IMG/VR virus record: IMGVR_UViG_3300029982_000012
Reading direction: 5' to 3' (one strand)
Source of the DNA: a virus
DNA length: 64,000 nt
In this document: positions 18,400 to 26,912 of the stretch, one piece after another
Position numbering within the stretch: position 1 is the first letter of the stretch
Layout of the letters: every line of letters starts with the position of its first letter
Translations under genes and position numbers: made by a program
The notes under the pieces: model-generated
Databases searched by the model: none
What the model was told of the DNA's origin: nothing
What the model saw: the letters and a program-made list of their open reading frames with translations, nothing else

Positions 18400-20037
18400 A
18401 TGTCAACTTTTCTCCATGGTGTCGGAACTGTTCAATTTATAGATAAATCGGGAGAACTCCTTGATCTTAAAGGATTAAGTATAGATTCTCTCGAAAAGAC
18501 TGGCGTTATCAACTATGAACACAAGAGCGATGTGCCAGCCCAATTAGTTGGCAAGATATTGAAAGCAAAGAAGATTTTCTCAAAAAAAGACTGCGCAAAC
18601 GAACACGAACTCTATTTTTGGAAGAAAACCAAAACCCCATATTTATACATCATGGCCGAGTTGTTAGATGACTATTGCGATAGCGCAAAACACGTTGCAG
18701 GTATGTTGAGATACGACAGAGACAGAAAAGACCAAAACGAATACAATATTGTGTGGTTTAGTATTGAAGGCAGTGAAATCCCAAATACTAGAGTGGGCAA
18801 GTCCATTATTACAAGAGGTATTGCACGTAAGGTTACTTTGACTTCTGCACCATGTAATGCGGCAGCTGCAGTTGAAATTCTTGAAAACCAAGCACCAAAA
18901 ATTAAAGACGACTTTGATGAAATATTTAAAAGCGAACAAGAAGCTATCACTTTATTCAAAACGGGTGAAGGTGAAAAGTTGTACGAAACCTATTTAGCAA
19001 AAAAAGAAGCCGAAGGCCCAAGCACTGGCGGTAAGCCCCCAAAGAATCCCTACAATGAATATCAAAATAGCGGCACTAGAATTGGTAAAACAAAATCCGG
19101 TAAGACTGTTTGGTCTCACGGACACATTGGCGATTACAGTTTTAATCCTGCCGAACACCAAGAAGCTGCCGAACATCATGAACGGGCTTCTGTAATTTCT
19201 GAGAATCCAAAACTTGCTGATAACCACGCGCAACGTGCAGTTGCTCACGCTAATGCTGCTAAATCCGGTGGTCGTCAAGAAAATCGTGCAGCACTTTCTC
19301 TTAACCAAAAAGATAAGGTGGCTCAGGAGCAAGGAAAACAAGTGTCTAAAGCCGAATATTGTGAAAAACACAAAAAATTACAAAAAGCTGATGGACCAAA
19401 ATGGTCGGGACCAAAAGTAACTGGTGACGCCATACATTTTTCTCATCCAGAACACAATATCGTTAGTGTCCATAAACAGCCTTCTGGAGAATTTCACGTA
19501 AAACACAATGGTAGAGTTGCTGGCGTGGGTGGACAAAAAGGCGTATTCAATAATGCAAAAGATGCAGGGGCACACGCACAAAAATTCATGAGTGGGTTAA
19601 GTAGTGGTAAGATAACCGCTCCAGCGATGCAAAACCATCCATCACCTTCAATTATTGGCAATACATCTATCAAAAAAGCAATTACTGCTGGTAGTACGAA
19701 TGCAGCACCTTCAACTTTGGTAAATGGAGCTGCCTACCAAACAGAAAGTCTTGCTAAAGAACAATCTCCTTCAGAAGAACATAATTTTAAAGGCTCAAAA
19801 AAGAAAGACTGGAATTTAAGAGCCAAGCAAGATTACGAAAAATGGCCTCATAGGGAAAAGTTTGAGAAGTTCATGAAGTCAAAAATGCCTCACCTTTCTA
19901 AGGGTGAAATAGCAGCTTTTGGCAGAGTAATTGCACTCAAGAAGAATATCGAATTTGAAAATTCTTTAAGCGATCTAGTTGACTTTAATAAATCTGAAGA
20001 TGCTAAAAAAGTAATTGTATCAAATACAAAAAAGTAG
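18400..20037 (+). CDS. Prohead protease with long C-terminal extension
   Basis: DKSGE...INYEHK...FSIEG...VTLTSAPCN protease pattern; many x-x-K-S/A motifs in the extension. Confidence 0.82.
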   Translation: MSTFLHGVGTVQFIDKSGELLDLKGLSIDSLEKTGVINYEHKSDVPAQLVGKILKAKKIFSKKDCANEHELYFWKKTKTPYLYIMAELLDDYCDSAKHVAGMLRYDRDRKDQNEYNIVWFSIEGSEIPNTRVGKSIITRGIARKVTLTSAPCNAAAAVEILENQAPKIKDDFDEIFKSEQEAITLFKTGEGEKLYETYLAKKEAEGPSTGGKPPKNPYNEYQNSGTRIGKTKSGKTVWSHGHIGDYSFNPAEHQEAAEHHERASVISENPKLADNHAQRAVAHANAAKSGGRQENRAALSLNQKDKVAQEQGKQVSKAEYCEKHKKLQKADGPKWSGPKVTGDAIHFSHPEHNIVSVHKQPSGEFHVKHNGRVAGVGGQKGVFNNAKDAGAHAQKFMSGLSSGKITAPAMQNHPSPSIIGNTSIKKAITAGSTNAAPSTLVNGAAYQTESLAKEQSPSEEHNFKGSKKKDWNLRAKQDYEKWPHREKFEKFMKSKMPHLSKGEIAAFGRVIALKKNIEFENSLSDLVDFNKSEDAKKVIVSNTKK

Positions 20038-20043
20038 TATACT
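20015..20043 (+). promoter_or_regulatory. Sigma70-type promoter for the tRNA
   Basis: TTGTAT-N17-TATACT ending 5 nt before the tRNA 5' end. Confidence 0.6.
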
Positions 20044-20048
20044 AATAT

Positions 20049-20125
20049 CGCAGGCATAAAGAAATAGTGTCTTGTCTGGCTCATAACCAGGATATCGTCC
20101 GTTGCGAGTACGGAGCCTGCAACCA
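20049..20125 (+). tRNA. tRNA with CAT anticodon (Met/fMet-like), non-canonical
   Basis: Acceptor CGCAGGC/GCCTGCA + ACCA; D stem AAGA/TCTT; anticodon arm TCTGG-CTCATAA-CCAGG; T arm TCCGT-TGCGAGT-ACGGA. Confidence 0.82.
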
Positions 20126-20127
20126 AT

Positions 20128-20346
20128 ATGACAAATGATGAATTGCTAACTCAATATAATGAAGCACATGAATTAGCCACAGAACTCTTCGATGGTATAT
20201 GGGAAGATTCTGTTATGTGGATGCAAACGCCAACAGAACTGTTTTTTGGCAAGGCCCCAGGTCAATTAATCGCTTCTGGAGACGGACACTTAGTCATCGA
20301 ATGGCTTATGGTAAGAACCGGTAAGAAGCCCGGAGCCGCATTTTGA
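20128..20346 (+). CDS. Xre/MbcA/ParS antitoxin C-terminal-domain-like protein
   Basis: A.ELF....SVMWMQTP..LFFGKAP.QLI.SGDG..V.EWL pattern. Confidence 0.65.
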   Translation: MTNDELLTQYNEAHELATELFDGIWEDSVMWMQTPTELFFGKAPGQLIASGDGHLVIEWLMVRTGKKPGAAF

Positions 20347-20567
20347 AACCTTATGGCAAAAAAATTGGTAGGGGTCTTAAAGGATCTAGATTTCTAGATA
20401 ATGGATGTCCATGTTGTGGCAGAGAGCATGACCACAAAGGAGCCACAAGACAGGCCCTTAATAAAGAGATTGTTGATATTCTTAAGGAACAAATAAAAGC
20501 CGAAGAAGAAGAAAGACTTAAGAGTAGATTGGAAGCAATGGAGTTTTCTAGGAGACTCCGATTTTAA
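20343..20567 (+). CDS. Hypothetical protein
   Basis: Coupled ORF with CPCC motif. Confidence 0.55.
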   Translation: MKPYGKKIGRGLKGSRFLDNGCPCCGREHDHKGATRQALNKEIVDILKEQIKAEEEERLKSRLEAMEFSRRLRF

Positions 20568-21133
20568 GCCGTAAAATATCTACCTGACGGCCCTGGTTCC
20601 TTAAGATCCAAGTGAATCCAGCTAGTTGTCCCCTTCTCCATCCTAATACCAAAATCTTCCAGTACTGGTTCCATTTTATCTTTAATTTCTTCTATAGTTA
20701 AGTTAGGGGAGCAATCGAAGTCAATTGCACATCCAAAACTATGCACATCATTAGGCAATGAATGTAAAACTTCTTCATTGTATTTTACCGATCTAAATAG
20801 ACAATGAGCATTCATTGGAAACCCTAAATGCGTCCTTACTTGCTCCATTTTTTGACATAAAGTAATAAGTTTTTCCTTAACATCATCATCAAGTCCATCG
20901 TCCTCTGTAGCAAGACGATTCCATGAATGTAACGTAATAGCGTCCCCGACAGTAAAATGAGGGGTAATGTGATGGGTTGCATCGGTCCAATCAATACCAT
21001 TTGAATCCATATTAGGGCTACTTTCTTTAGGGGTTCCGATTGGGATCTCAACCTGAATTTCCTTTTCTTTTCCATGACTTGTAAGTAAGGTTCCAAGTGA
21101 ATTTAGAATCATATCTATAAATGAATTTGCCAT
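20564..21133 (-). CDS. Peptidase M15 family cell-wall hydrolase (candidate endolysin)
   Basis: HF...FRS...N...HSFGCAIDF...WIHLD Zn-binding pattern; late motif upstream. Confidence 0.82.
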   Translation of the reverse strand: MANSFIDMILNSLGTLLTSHGKEKEIQVEIPIGTPKESSPNMDSNGIDWTDATHHITPHFTVGDAITLHSWNRLATEDDGLDDDVKEKLITLCQKMEQVRTHLGFPMNAHCLFRSVKYNEEVLHSLPNDVHSFGCAIDFDCSPNLTIEEIKDKMEPVLEDFGIRMEKGTTSWIHLDLKEPGPSGRYFTA

Positions 21134-21188
21134 AGTTGAGTTTTACAATCTTATATTGGTTACTCCAATAAGATTGTGGGTCTAAATA

Positions 21189-21506
21189 ATGAAACTTAAT
21201 ATCAAATTTGGCCTACTAGGAGATAAAGAGGTTGACTGGTGGAAGTCTCTCGATAGTTTCCCTAAAACTATAAAGTACCTAAACGTAATTTATGAATGGG
21301 TTTTTTATGATGACGATCAATCCAAGAAATACCATAAAATTTTATGGTTTTCTGAACTTAAACAATATGATCCTAGATACAACGAAAAGCATGAAAATTG
21401 GAACGATATTTTCGAAAGCAACAAACTTAGTTGTTGTTGTGGAGCCAGATATAGCAGTTTTCCTTGGGATCATTTAAGATATTGCCCAGAATGGAAGAAG
21501 TGGTAG
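21189..21506 (+). CDS. Hypothetical protein with C-terminal CxCG...H...C motif
   Basis: ORF track; late motif upstream. Confidence 0.6.
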   Translation: MKLNIKFGLLGDKEVDWWKSLDSFPKTIKYLNVIYEWVFYDDDQSKKYHKILWFSELKQYDPRYNEKHENWNDIFESNKLSCCCGARYSSFPWDHLRYCPEWKKW

Positions 21507-21508
21507 TT

Positions 21509-21685
21509 ATGAATGATAATTTTCCAAAATACGTGCTTGTATTTTTAGCGGTATTATATCTAATAGCCTGTGTTAGTGAAATTATAATGGTTAAGGATGG
21601 TGCAGCGGCTGTATTTGAGTCTGCTAAGACCTTAGTTCCTCATATTGGGATGTTTATCCTCGGTTTCTATTTTTCCAAAAAATAA
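21509..21685 (+). CDS. Small two-TM membrane protein (holin candidate)
   Basis: Two hydrophobic helices and basic C-terminus; near the M15 peptidase. Confidence 0.45.
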   Translation: MNDNFPKYVLVFLAVLYLIACVSEIIMVKDGAAAVFESAKTLVPHIGMFILGFYFSKK

Positions 21686-21688
21686 TAC

Positions 21689-21717
21689 TTGACAGAAAAT
21701 AAATATTATGATATTAT
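21689..21717 (+). promoter_or_regulatory. Strong sigma70-type early promoter
   Basis: TTGACA-N17-TATTAT with TG extension; AGGAG SD downstream. Confidence 0.75.
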
Positions 21718-21759
21718 CTCTTAATAGGGCATAAAATATGCTCATAACAAGGAGAGAAA

Positions 21760-22743
21760 ATGTTAATTTTAGATAATTTGGTATTAGCACGAGACGAACA
21801 GGGAATCAAAAAATTCTTAGAAAAAGCAAAGAACACAAAAGAAGGTTTTTATACTTTCATGACTTTTTTGGATTTGCTTAAAATGTATAAAACGGGAGCC
21901 CTATCTGACGATGAATTCAATCGATCCGGTAGATTCGATAAGAAAAGAGCGCGGGACATTGCGGAAAACTTCACTCATTTTGGCTTTGGTCAAGTTACTT
22001 GCGGTTTTAACGATGGAAAATTGGAATTGATTGATGCCCATCATAGGCTTGGAGCTTTGGTGGTCATGAATGATGAACTTTTTAATTTCAACGAAATCGC
22101 CCAAGAAGTTGTTGCTGTAAGAGTGATTCCATCTGCGTATAAACTTTCTACCTACAAAACACTTAATTCGGGAAAATCACATACCGGATACGAAAAGATT
22201 AATCATCCTAAAATGGCTGTTGGGTCTTATTCTAATGAGATTATTAATAAGGCACAGGATAAAGCTGGCCCAGATAGTAAGTTCAATAAACAACTTACTC
22301 AGAATCTTATGGACCTAACTCTTGCGTATGAAACACATGGTGACAGTTTTGATTTGGACCAATTATTCGCTAAACGAGGAGTCGTTACCAAACATCTAAA
22401 TCTTTCTGCTGATCGACGTAGTTTCAGTATCGATGATAGTGCCGTGAAAAAATCAGCAGATCTTACTACTAAGTACCTTTCCTTAATTTGTTACGCGGAA
22501 AGCCTTGATGTAAAAACAGAAATCGTTAGATTAATCAAGAGCCCTGGATTCTTCCTGTCCTTTGGACTAGACTATATGACTAATGGAAAAATTCTTACTG
22601 GTTTTTCAAGTCAATCCAATATTAAGATCGTAAATAAGGTAAATAGCAATAAATTCGCTAAGATCAAAGAAAATACGGAACGAGTTGCCCGTAGGAGCCG
22701 TAAAAAGATCAATCTTCCTGCCTTAATCGATTCCCTATCGTAA
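21760..22743 (+). CDS. ParB/Srx-like (DGQHR-type) N-terminal domain protein
   Basis: RARDIA...LELIDAHHRLGAL...LNSG pattern. Confidence 0.6.
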   Translation: MLILDNLVLARDEQGIKKFLEKAKNTKEGFYTFMTFLDLLKMYKTGALSDDEFNRSGRFDKKRARDIAENFTHFGFGQVTCGFNDGKLELIDAHHRLGALVVMNDELFNFNEIAQEVVAVRVIPSAYKLSTYKTLNSGKSHTGYEKINHPKMAVGSYSNEIINKAQDKAGPDSKFNKQLTQNLMDLTLAYETHGDSFDLDQLFAKRGVVTKHLNLSADRRSFSIDDSAVKKSADLTTKYLSLICYAESLDVKTEIVRLIKSPGFFLSFGLDYMTNGKILTGFSSQSNIKIVNKVNSNKFAKIKENTERVARRSRKKINLPALIDSLS

Positions 22744-22756
22744 ATTAAACAATAAG

Positions 22757-22790
22757 AAACGGTCACCTTTTTGGTGGCCGTTTTTGTTTT
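22757..22790 (+). terminator. Intrinsic terminator
   Basis: AAACGGTCACC-TTTTT-GGTGGCCGTTT-TTGTTTT. Confidence 0.8.
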
Positions 22791-22809
22791 ATGGTGGTAC
22801 AATCAAAGT

Positions 22810-23892
22810 ATGGTTAGATACGTAGACACATTTTCAGGCATCGGCGGCTTTAGTTTAGGTATCCACTCCGTTTTGGGAGACGAAGCTAAATGCGTACTGG
22901 CCATAGATTACGATAAGAATGTTTCTGAAACCTTCTTCAATAATTTTGGTATCAATTCTTACGGCAATATACGTGAACTAGAAGTACAGAATATCCCAGA
23001 TCACGACATCATCTTTGGTGGTTTTCCTTGTCAGCCATTCTCTAGGAATGGAAAATGGTTCAATAAAAACGACAAAACAATTGGAGAGCAAGAAGAACGG
23101 GATAACCTATTCCTAGAACTTGTCAGGATTTTAGTAGCAAAAAAACCTAAATATTTTGTATTCGAGAATGTTAAGGGGCTTCTATCCATGAAGAATATGG
23201 ATGGAAGTTCTTGTTTTGACACTATTGTACAAAACTTAAACGAAGCAGGATACGATGTTCATACTAAACTTTTGGATGCCGTAGATTTCGGAGTACCACA
23301 GCAACGAGAACGTATTTTCTTTGTTGGTATTAGATCTGATTTAAAGCAAGAGTTTAAATTCCCAACCCCTTCTCCTATTGGCCCTCAATCCATTGAGGAT
23401 ATATTGGAGAAAAAAGTTTCTGATAAATACCTTATTTCTAATCTTTGGAAAAAAAGAACTATTCTCGGCGGCGGACCCAATTCTGGTCCAGGTAAGAAAA
23501 ATCACGACTTTCCTAATGGACATTCTAGGTACGAAGTGATTAAATGGCTCTACGAAGATAATTCGAAGAAACCCACTCAACCAACGGGTAAGATCGAATC
23601 AGTAGCTATTTTGTATGGAGATACCCCTAGTGGTTTACCTAGACAGCAGGATAAAATCTATTCAGTTAATGGTATCTCGCCTACCATAGCTACATTTTCT
23701 ACTCCTGCAGTGGATTCCAAGCAAGGATTAAGACAATTAACGCCAAGAGAATGTGCTAGACTTCAAGGTTTTCCAGAAACCTATATCTTTCCACAAAAAG
23801 ATGCTGTAGCATATAAGCAGATTGGAAATGCAGTTGCGGTTCCTGTAATCGCGGCCATAGTAAAACAATTATTAGGAGATAAAAATGATTGA
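22810..23892 (+). CDS. DNA (cytosine-5) methyltransferase
   Basis: FSGIGG, GFPCQPFS, ENVKG, QQRERIF, LQGFP, YKQIGNAV. Confidence 0.95.
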   Translation: MVRYVDTFSGIGGFSLGIHSVLGDEAKCVLAIDYDKNVSETFFNNFGINSYGNIRELEVQNIPDHDIIFGGFPCQPFSRNGKWFNKNDKTIGEQEERDNLFLELVRILVAKKPKYFVFENVKGLLSMKNMDGSSCFDTIVQNLNEAGYDVHTKLLDAVDFGVPQQRERIFFVGIRSDLKQEFKFPTPSPIGPQSIEDILEKKVSDKYLISNLWKKRTILGGGPNSGPGKKNHDFPNGHSRYEVIKWLYEDNSKKPTQPTGKIESVAILYGDTPSGLPRQQDKIYSVNGISPTIATFSTPAVDSKQGLRQLTPRECARLQGFPETYIFPQKDAVAYKQIGNAVAVPVIAAIVKQLLGDKND

Positions 23893-24781
23893 AGCAAAAA
23901 TTGTCGCCGATTCAGTTGGTCCAAATGACGTTCGTATTACTACATTTGTCTTAACTTATCCCCGATTCATTCACTCAGAATTTATGACGCACAGGGTCTT
24001 CTCTAGGAACGCTTCGTCTTCTCGTGCCATTCCAGTGAAGAAGCAAATTCAAATGGTAATTGACAATCCAGCCATTCCTTTGGCTTTTACAAAGAATCAA
24101 AAAGGAATGCAAGGCGGCGATGCATTGGATGGGGAGGCACATGATCTTGCCAAACTTGCATGGCTAAATGCTAGAGATATGGCCGTCATCCAAGCCCGTA
24201 ATCTAGAGAATCTAGAAGTCCATAAGCAATATGCAAATCGAATTCTTGAACCATTTGCTCATATTACGGTAGTTTGTACTGCTACAGATTACGATAACTT
24301 CTTTGCTTTACGTTGCCATGAGATGGCACAACCTGAGATTCACGCTCTTGCTGACCTGATGTACGATCAATATATTACAAATAGACCAAAAAAACTATCA
24401 GAGGGCAGTTGGCATCTCCCCTTTATGGACAATGATGAAGATTTGACAGAGACGGCATATTATGTGTGTGAATCTGGCACTACAGGGCGTAGATTTTTCG
24501 ATATAGCCATAAAGAGATCTGTTGCTCGTTGTGCTAGGGTATCCTATTTAAATCATGAAGGGAAAAAATCTACTATAGAAGAAGATTTACAACTTTACAA
24601 TCGACTATTGGGAGGAGTACCAATTCACGCTTCTCCAGCAGAACATCAAGCTCAGGCTTTAGCAAGATGGGATGAAGGTATTAACAGACCTACAGCCTTT
24701 CAGCGATCTGGAAATCTTCAGGGATGGTATCAATACAGAAAAACTCTTGAAAATGAAAATGTCACGAGTTTCAAAAAATGA
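23885..24781 (+). CDS. thyX: Flavin-dependent thymidylate synthase
   Basis: EFMTHRVFSRNASSSRAIP; phage-type ThyX pattern. Confidence 0.85.
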   Translation: MIEAKIVADSVGPNDVRITTFVLTYPRFIHSEFMTHRVFSRNASSSRAIPVKKQIQMVIDNPAIPLAFTKNQKGMQGGDALDGEAHDLAKLAWLNARDMAVIQARNLENLEVHKQYANRILEPFAHITVVCTATDYDNFFALRCHEMAQPEIHALADLMYDQYITNRPKKLSEGSWHLPFMDNDEDLTETAYYVCESGTTGRRFFDIAIKRSVARCARVSYLNHEGKKSTIEEDLQLYNRLLGGVPIHASPAEHQAQALARWDEGINRPTAFQRSGNLQGWYQYRKTLENENVTSFKK

Positions 24782-25446
24782 AAATCGATCTAATCTCAGA
24801 TACTCATAATAAGCACAAGGAATTCACTTTAAAAGGTGGAGACCTTCTAATTCACTCTGGAGATGCTACAGGTCGGGGTCAAAGCGGTGAGATCCATGCC
24901 TTTTTGCAGTGGTTTCAAAAGCAGCCTTATAAGCACAAAATCTTTGTTCCCGGTAATCATGATTTTGGCCTTGAAAAAGAAACTGCAAGATATCGAGAAG
25001 AATGCAATAAAAGAAATATAACCCTTCTGATTGATGAGAGAATTGAGATCGAAGGAATTAAAATCTATGGATCTCCTATTACACCAACCTTTTTTGATTG
25101 GGCATTCATGCAAGATCGTGGGGAGAAGATTAAGCGCCATTGGGATGCAATTCCAGATGATACCCAAATACTCATAACCCACGGTCCAGCATACCAAATT
25201 AGGGACAGGGTCATGAATCGCTATAACCCAAAAGGTGAAAATGTTGGGTGTCTAGATCTCCGAGCAAGAATTGAGCAATTAAAAGAATTAAAATTACATG
25301 TTTTTGGACATATCCATGATGAAGCTGGTGCCAGCAAAATTGGTCAATATATTGCCGCAAATGCATCGTTACTAAATGATGACTACATGAAAGCATTTAA
25401 GCCGATTAGAATTTTAGTTGAAAATGGGGAATACAACGTCAAGTGA
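24778..25446 (+). CDS. Calcineurin-like metallophosphoesterase
   Basis: SDTH, GD, GNHD, THGP, GHIH. Confidence 0.92.
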   Translation: MKIDLISDTHNKHKEFTLKGGDLLIHSGDATGRGQSGEIHAFLQWFQKQPYKHKIFVPGNHDFGLEKETARYREECNKRNITLLIDERIEIEGIKIYGSPITPTFFDWAFMQDRGEKIKRHWDAIPDDTQILITHGPAYQIRDRVMNRYNPKGENVGCLDLRARIEQLKELKLHVFGHIHDEAGASKIGQYIAANASLLNDDYMKAFKPIRILVENGEYNVK

Positions 25447-25447
25447 T

Positions 25448-26212
25448 TTAGGCGACATTTCTTTGTTCGTTGTACTCATCGTATCCCAACGAAATAAAAT
25501 GTACGAATCCATCTTTAAAGCCCCATCCTGGAGGTAATTGCTGCAATGAACAGCGACAAAAGGGATGCTCACCACAAGAAGACGGTCTAGATTCGCCTCT
25601 TTTGTGATATCCCATAGATAACTCTGACATCTTCCAGACTCGTGGTGTAATCTCGTCATCCATCATATGAAGTCTAAGACATTCCTTACAGGTTTCGCCA
25701 TCTCTTACAATAACGAAAAATACATTAGGGTCTTCAATACCTTCTTGTTTGGATTTATCCACTATTTCCATAGTGTGACCAAGATTTCTGGTCTTAGTGG
25801 ATTCAGCTTCTGCGATTAATTTAATGTCACTTCTAGCTTTTTTCATCGCAGAAGAAATAATATCCGAAACTTGTTTGGCATCAACATGAGAATTGTTGGA
25901 TTTTGCTTCCCTAATCAAGGAATCCACGGCATGAATAACATTTGAACTGGTTTTACTTTTTAGCCCCTCTATGTATCCGTAAGAAGTGTTTAGTGTAGAT
26001 CTTAGAACATCTTTATCGTAATGATTTAGTTCTTTATTATTCATGGCTTGCAAAAATAAATTGGCAAGACTAAATTTAGGTGTAGAACTAAAAAAAGGAG
26101 ATTTATTTCTTACTTTAGGTATATTACCAAGAAATTTGTACGCCAAAGCATCAAACATTTTCTCTATTGCAATGGAAATAGATTCCTTGCCAGAACTGCT
26201 TATGCCCCACAT
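25448..26212 (-). CDS. Minor head protein, MuF/SPP1 gp7-like
   Basis: TCKECL...HPFCRCSL; downstream of portal. Confidence 0.72.
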   Translation of the reverse strand: MWGISSSGKESISIAIEKMFDALAYKFLGNIPKVRNKSPFFSSTPKFSLANLFLQAMNNKELNHYDKDVLRSTLNTSYGYIEGLKSKTSSNVIHAVDSLIREAKSNNSHVDAKQVSDIISSAMKKARSDIKLIAEAESTKTRNLGHTMEIVDKSKQEGIEDPNVFFVIVRDGETCKECLRLHMMDDEITPRVWKMSELSMGYHKRGESRPSSCGEHPFCRCSLQQLPPGWGFKDGFVHFISLGYDEYNEQRNVA

Positions 26213-26216
26213 AAAA

Positions 26217-26786
26217 TTAACCTTTTAACAAATTTTCAAAATTTAAAGTTTTTACGATTGCTTCCGAAGCTTTTTGCTCTTCAAGTGCGAAACTCTTCAT
26301 GAGCTCATCAACGATTTTTTCTTGATCATTTAATGCTTTTTTGCCATGCTCACTCAAATTTTTATTTGCGCCCTTACCGATAGTGAATTTGGGCTTCATT
26401 GCATTTGATATTGAATTAATCATTTTTTCTGATTTTTTCATTTCAACAAGAGTTTTCATCTCATTCAAGGCCTTCATCATATTGGCTGTTTCAGGAGAAC
26501 TAGGGTCCTGTTTATTTACCATAGATTCCAAGGTATTAATATGTTGGTCCATTTCAGATCCTGAACTATCTGGAGATCCCGGATTGTTGGGATCTTGACC
26601 TTGCATTTGCTGTCCCTGCATTTGCATTTGTTCTGCTTGTTGAGCATCAGCCTTATCTTGTTGAGCCTGCTGCATTTGAGCAGATTGGGCACCTTGTTCA
26701 AATCCAAGGCGAAAAGAGACATCGACAGCATCAATAAATTTCAGTTTTAGGTCTTCATATTTAAGTTTATAATCTTGATTTTTCAT
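26217..26786 (-). CDS. Hypothetical Q-rich head-module protein
   Basis: MKKSE and LMKSF motifs; lies between portal and MuF-like gene. Confidence 0.6.
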   Translation of the reverse strand: MKNQDYKLKYEDLKLKFIDAVDVSFRLGFEQGAQSAQMQQAQQDKADAQQAEQMQMQGQQMQGQDPNNPGSPDSSGSEMDQHINTLESMVNKQDPSSPETANMMKALNEMKTLVEMKKSEKMINSISNAMKPKFTIGKGANKNLSEHGKKALNDQEKIVDELMKSFALEEQKASEAIVKTLNFENLLKG

Positions 26787-26797
26787 GTATAATCCTC

Positions 26798-26911
26798 TTA
26801 ATTCTTAAAACTAGCAGCTATGTTATATAAAAGCCACCAAATTAGGCCAAGAAAAGTTACGAGACCTAAAGTACATCCAATAAAATACTCACAAAATTTA
26901 AAGAATCCCAT
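26798..26911 (-). CDS. 37-aa single-TM protein (below the ORF-track cutoff)
   Basis: MGFFKFCEYFIGCTLGLVTFLGLIWWLLYNIAASFKN*; starts just after the portal stop and fills the gap. Confidence 0.55.
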   Translation of the reverse strand: MGFFKFCEYFIGCTLGLVTFLGLIWWLLYNIAASFKN

Positions 26912-26912
26912 A

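Noticed and set aside
22810-23892. Restriction-modification system
   Set aside because: No cognate endonuclease recognisable; neighbours are ThyX and a ParB-like gene, so it is treated as an orphan methyltransferase.
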